Below, one piece after another: positions 59,439 through 64,000 of a stretch of 64,000 nucleotides of DNA. The stretch is from the human T2T-CHM13v2.0 reference genome, Homo sapiens. The stretch is taken from the NCBI RefSeq assembly GCF_009914755.1, contig NC_060932.1. One strand, given 5' to 3'. The stretch's first letter is position 1. Every line of letters starts with the position of its first letter. The notes beneath the pieces were generated by a model, which saw only the letters and a program-made list of their open reading frames with translations, was not told where the DNA came from and ran no database searches. Both the position numbers and the translations under genes were made by a program.

Positions 59439-60762
59439 TCAGAAATGAAAAAGAAAACATTACAACATATATCACAGAAATACAAAAGATTATCAGAGAC
59501 TCTTATTAACAACTATACATTTACAAACTAGAAAACCTAAAAGAAATGGATACATTCTTGGAAACATACAAATGCCAAGATTGAACCAGGAAGAAATAGA
59601 AATCCTGAAGAGACCAATAAATAGTATTGAGATTGAACTAGTAATAAAAATCTTCCAACAAAGTAAAGCCCAGGACCAGATGTATTCACAGCATAAGTTC
59701 TATTAAATGTACAGTGAAGAACTTGTACCAATCCTCCTGAAACTATTTCAAAAAATTAAGGAGGAGAGAATTACCCCTAACTCATTCTAGGAAGCCAGTA
59801 TCATCCAAGACAATGATATAACAACAACAACAAAAAAAACTGAAAATCAATATCCTTGATGAACACAGATGCAAAAATTCTCAACAAAATACTAGCAACC
59901 AAGTCCACCAGCATATCAAAAATATCAAGATCAAACTCATGATGAAGTGGGTTCTATTCCAGGGATGAAAGGATGGTTCAACCTACAAAAATCAATAAAT
60001 GTGATTCATCACATAAACAAAAAATTAAAGACAAAAACTATATGATCATCTCAACAGATGCAGAGAAAGCATTTGATAAAACTCAGCATCCCTTCCTTCA
60101 TGATACAAACCATTTACTTTTAACATGAATCTTTATATTTAAAGTGGGTTTCTTGTAGCTCACATATAATTGAGTTGTTGTTGTTCTTTTTTTTATCCAC
60201 TCTGACAATATATGTCTTTTAATTGGTGTAATGTGACCAGTCACATTTAAAGTAATTATTGATATAGCTGGATTAATATCTACCATATTTGTAGCTGTTT
60301 CCTATTTGTTGCACTTTATCTTTTCCTTTATTTTTCTTTTGCTCTCACTTTAATTGAACATTTTATATAATTCCATTTTATCTCTCCTTTCAGCATATCA
60401 GTAATGCTACTAACAAAAAACTTACTACTTTTCCTCAAGTTTCCAATATACATTTCTAACTAATCTAAATTTTACTTCAAATAGCACATCACCTCACATG
60501 TAATGCAAGTGCCTCATAATAATATTCTCAATCCCTCCCTCCTGTCCTTTGTGAATTTCTTCATTTCTTTAACTTATTTATGTTATGATCGCTTAATGCA
60601 TTGTTACTAATATTGCTTTAAACAAAGTTACCTTTCATATCAATTAAAACTAAAAAATAAAATATTTTATTTTACCTTCATTTATTCTTTCTCTGATGCC
60701 CTACCTTTCTTTATGTAAGTCCAATTTTCTGACATCATTTCCCTCCTGCCCAAAGATCTTTT

Positions 60763-60953
60763 ATTATTATTATTATTATATTTTAAGTTCTAGGGTACAT
60801 GTGCGTAATGTGCAGGTTTGTTACATAGGTATACACGTGCCATGTTGGTTTACTGCACCTATCAACTTGTCATTTACATTAGGTATTTCTTCTAATGCTA
60901 TCCCTCCCCTAGGCCCTCACCCCCCAACAGGCCCTGGTGTGTGATGTTCCCCT
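60763..60953 (-). mobile_element. Short L1PA7/8-like 3' end
   Basis: (TTA)n tail, ttacataggtatacacgtgccatg; TSD ccaaagatctttt / ccaaagacctttt. Confidence 0.85.
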
Positions 60954-61229
60954 CCAAAGACCTTTTAAATGTCATGCACAGCAGATCTGCTGGTTGCAAG
61001 TTCACTCAGCTTTTGTCAGATAAATTTGTTATTTCTCTTTAACTTTGGAAGGATAATTTTCACTGGATATAGAATTCTAGGCTGGTGTTTTGTTTCCTTT
61101 CAACACTTTAAATATTTCACTCCACTTTGTTTCCGCTTGCATTGTTTTTGACAAAAAGTCTGCTATTCCTATTCTTATTCCTGATAAGTAGGTATTTTAT
61201 TTCTCTGACTTCTTTCAAGGTGTTCTCTT

Positions 61230-61606
61230 TGTAAAGCCTCTGAGCCCAAGCCTGCAGGTATACATCCAGATGGCCTGAAGCAACTGAAGAATCACAAAAG
61301 AAGTGAAAATGGCCGGTTCCTGCCTTAACTGATGACATTACCTTGTGAAATTCCTTCTCCTGGACAATGAATCTCAGGAGCTCCCCCACCGAGCACCTTG
61401 TGACCCCCCTGCCCCTGCCTGCAAGAGAACAACCCCCTTTGACTGTAATTTTCCACTACCTACCCAAATCCTATAAAACTGCCCCACCCCTAACTCCCAT
61501 TGCTGACTCTCTTTTAGGACTCAGCCCACCTGCACCCAGGTGATTAAAAAGCTTTATTGCTCACACAAAGCCTGTTGGTGGTCTCTTTACATGGATGCAC
61601 AAGACA
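61230..61606 (+). mobile_element. HERV-H solo LTR (LTR7C-like)
   Basis: TG...CA ends, 5-bp TSD ctctt (61225-61229 / 61607-61611), TATA at 61472, attaaa at 61543. Confidence 0.88.
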
Positions 61607-61715
61607 CTCTTGACTTTGATTTTCTGCAGTATGAATATGGTAAGAAGAGTATGTATTTGCTGTTGGTGGTGGTGTTTGTTTTGTTGCTGCTGTTGTTGCT
61701 TTTTGTCTTTATTAT

Positions 61716-61881
61716 GCTTGGGGTTCTCTAAACTTTCTGTATCTGTGATTTGGTGTCTATCATTAATTTTGGAAAGCTCTTTGCTGTTATTACTTCAATG
61801 TTTGGGGTTCTCTAAACTTTCTATATCTGTGATTTGGTGTCTCATTAATTTTGGAAAGCTCTTTGCTGTTATTACTTCAAT
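61716..61881. repeat. ~83-bp tandem duplication
   Basis: Two near-identical copies of g(c/t)ttggggttctctaaactttct...gttattacttcaat (61716-61799, 61800-61881). Confidence 0.92.
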
Positions 61882-63143
61882 TTTTTTTTTTTCTGTTTGG
61901 TTCTGTCTTTCTTTTCCTTTTGGTATTCCAAAGTTTCTCACAGTTCTATAATCTTCTAATAATATCTCAGTCTTTTATTGGACACATGCCTCAGGGCTGA
62001 GGCCTTCCTATGTGTTTCTCAAATGGTATAGCATTTCCTCCCCTGCTTTCTAGCTGCTACATTTCCACTGCATTTCCTTGAAGTCCCCAAAACCTGTTGG
62101 CTATATTTTTCCCTTCATGTGTGAGACAGGAAGAGAAGAGTGGATTAGACTGAGAAAAATGCCTTTTCTTAAACTGAAATACATCTCTACACATTCTCTT
62201 CTTCTGGAGGGCAGCTCTTTGTTATAGAGAACACTCTGGGTGTGTTTCACAATTTTGATTCTTCCCTATTCTATGCCACAGCCAGGAAAGGGTCTTTCTT
62301 GGATCTTTACTTTGAGGATATGATAGGTTTCCTTGAAATAGAGCCCATGCAAATATGGGATTTCCTAAAACTGTGGTCCCCAAAAGGCTCTCCCTCTCAA
62401 GCTATTATACAGTTAGCCTCCGTCAGTTTGTTAAAATTGCAATTTCAGTATCTTTACAGGGTATATGGCTCTATTACATTCTGCTCCATTGTTGCTGTAT
62501 TTTTCTGATTGTACCTGTCTCTAGATTTCAGATTGCAATTTGCCCTGTGACCTCAGTTTTCTGATAAGTAGCATAAAACAAAAGTAATTTTTCAGAATTT
62601 TCAGCTTTTTCTTATTGTAGGCATGGGAATAAGAACTTCGAAGCTCTTACATGTTGGAGCCAAAATTGGAATTCCCATGCATGGGGTTATGATAAATAGT
62701 AATCATTCATCTTCAAAACCACTGATACCAGCTTGGCCAAAAATATGCTTAAGAAAAATCTTTCTTTATATTAATATCAGACTCTGTATGGTTCTTAGCC
62801 CTTTCTCATCCCTGCAGCTAAAGGCATGTGGTCCTCTGTTCCTATACCAAACAGTATCAGTTAAGATGGAGATTTCAGGGGCCTTGTTTTTACATACTGT
62901 TGAAATCAATCCTGCTTTAGCTAAGTCTGTTTTGGGCCTAATTTCCAGATTCCTAATTCTTGGGATTGTTTTCTCCAGCTGAGGAATTCTTAACCAAACA
63001 AGAGACTTGTTTTTTCATTTCCTAATCTGATGATTCCCTTTTCTATCACCTGTTTTTAAGACTTAATTCCTGCCTCTAAACTCCAGCTAAGTGTTGCCTT
63101 TTGAGCCTAATCCTTATATCTCTGGAAGTCAGTATTTTCTACC

Positions 63144-64000
63144 TGTCAGGCCTCTGAGCCCAAGCTAAGCCATCATATCCCCTGTGACCTGCACATACAC
63201 ATCCAGATGGCTGGTTCCTGCCTTAAGTGATGACATTCCACCACAAAAGAAGTGAAAATGGCCTGTTCCTGCCTTAACTGATGACATTGTCTTGTGAAAT
63301 TCCTTCTCCTGGCTCAAAAGCTCCCCCACTGAGTACCTTGTGACCCCCACTCCTGCCCACCAGAGAACAACCCCCCTTTTTCCTTTACCTACCCAAATCC
63401 TATAAAAGGGCCACACCCCTATCTCCCTTCGCTGACTCTCTTTTCAGACTCAGCCTGCCTGCACCCAGGTGATTAAAAACTTTATTGCTCACACAAAGCC
63501 TGTTTGGTGGTCTCTTCACAGGGACATGCATGAAATTTGGTGCCGTGACTCAGATCGGGGGACCTCCTTTGGGAGATCAATCCCCTGTCCTCCTGATCTT
63601 TGCTCCATGAGAAAGATCCACCTACAACCTCAAGTCCTCAGACTGACCAGCCCAAGAAACATCTCACCAATTTCAAATCCGGTAAGCAGCCTCTTTTTAC
63701 TCTTTTCTCTAACCTCCCTCACTATCCCTCAACCTCTTTCTCCTTTCAATCTTGGTGCCACACTTCAGTCTCTCCCTTCTCTTAATTTCAATTCCTTTCA
63801 TTTTCTGGTAGAGACAAAGGAGACATGTTTTATCCATGGACCCAAAACTCCTGCACCAGTCATGGACTGGGAAGGCAGCCTTCCCTTGGTGTTTAATCAT
63901 TTCAGGGACGCCTCTCGGATTATTCATCCAGGTTTCAGAGGTGTCAGACCGTGCAGGGATGCTTGCCTTGGTCTTTCACCCTTAGTGGCAAATCCTGCTT
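63144..64000 (+). mobile_element. HERV-H provirus, 5' end (LTR7B/7Y-like 5' LTR 63144-63535 plus leader), continues past the window
   Basis: tgtcaggcctctgagcccaagc...catgaaa LTR followed by a His-tRNA PBS and HERV-H leader; TATA at 63401, attaaa at 63472, splice donor ccg|gtaagc at 63681/63682. Confidence 0.93.
63538..63555 (+). other. tRNA-His primer binding site
   Basis: tggtgccgtgactcagat, one mismatch to the complement of the tRNA-His 3' end (TGGTGCCGTGACTCGGAT). Confidence 0.88.

Larger units (their letters stand above)
60110..62660 (-). mobile_element. Old L1M (MC/ME-like) antisense fragment hosting later insertions
   Basis: tttaaagtgggtttcttgtag...ttttttatccactctgacaat...ggatatagaattctaggctgg. 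Confidence 0.65.

Noticed and set aside
61230-63535. The two LTR7s as the 5' and 3' LTR of one deleted provirus
   Set aside because: The first has its own TSD on both sides and no PBS, the intervening DNA is mostly L1M, and the second is followed by a PBS.

Overview
Primate (human/great-ape-like) AT-rich genomic DNA made mostly of transposable elements. I found no cellular protein-coding exon, RNA gene or CRISPR array. The long ORFs derive from L1, and the short ones are repeat-derived or look like chance ORFs. Main elements: (1) a full-length but dead L1PA3-like LINE-1 (6185-12300); (2) a second same-strand L1PA4-like element with a 1.78-kb internal deletion (17920-22340); (3) a 5'-truncated L1PA3-like fragment with a triplicated 5' junction; (4) a 5'-inverted L1 nested in another 5'-inverted L1 (55-60 kb); (5) MaLR elements (THE1, MSTB provirus, MLT1) and an LTR16/ERVL fossil provirus; (6) six Alus and several DNA-transposon relics; (7) a solo LTR7C-like LTR and the 5' end of a HERV-H provirus at the right edge. 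The most notable observations are an endonuclease-killing H230D change and other rare variants shared by the two neighbouring L1s (likely gene conversion), an intact antisense ORF0 that reads out of L1 #2 into flanking DNA, and a GATA/TALE motif cluster in non-repetitive DNA at 42.4-43.0 kb. I see no convincing evidence of a wholly new biological system. Subfamily names come from recalled consensus sequences and need RepeatMasker/Dfam confirmation.
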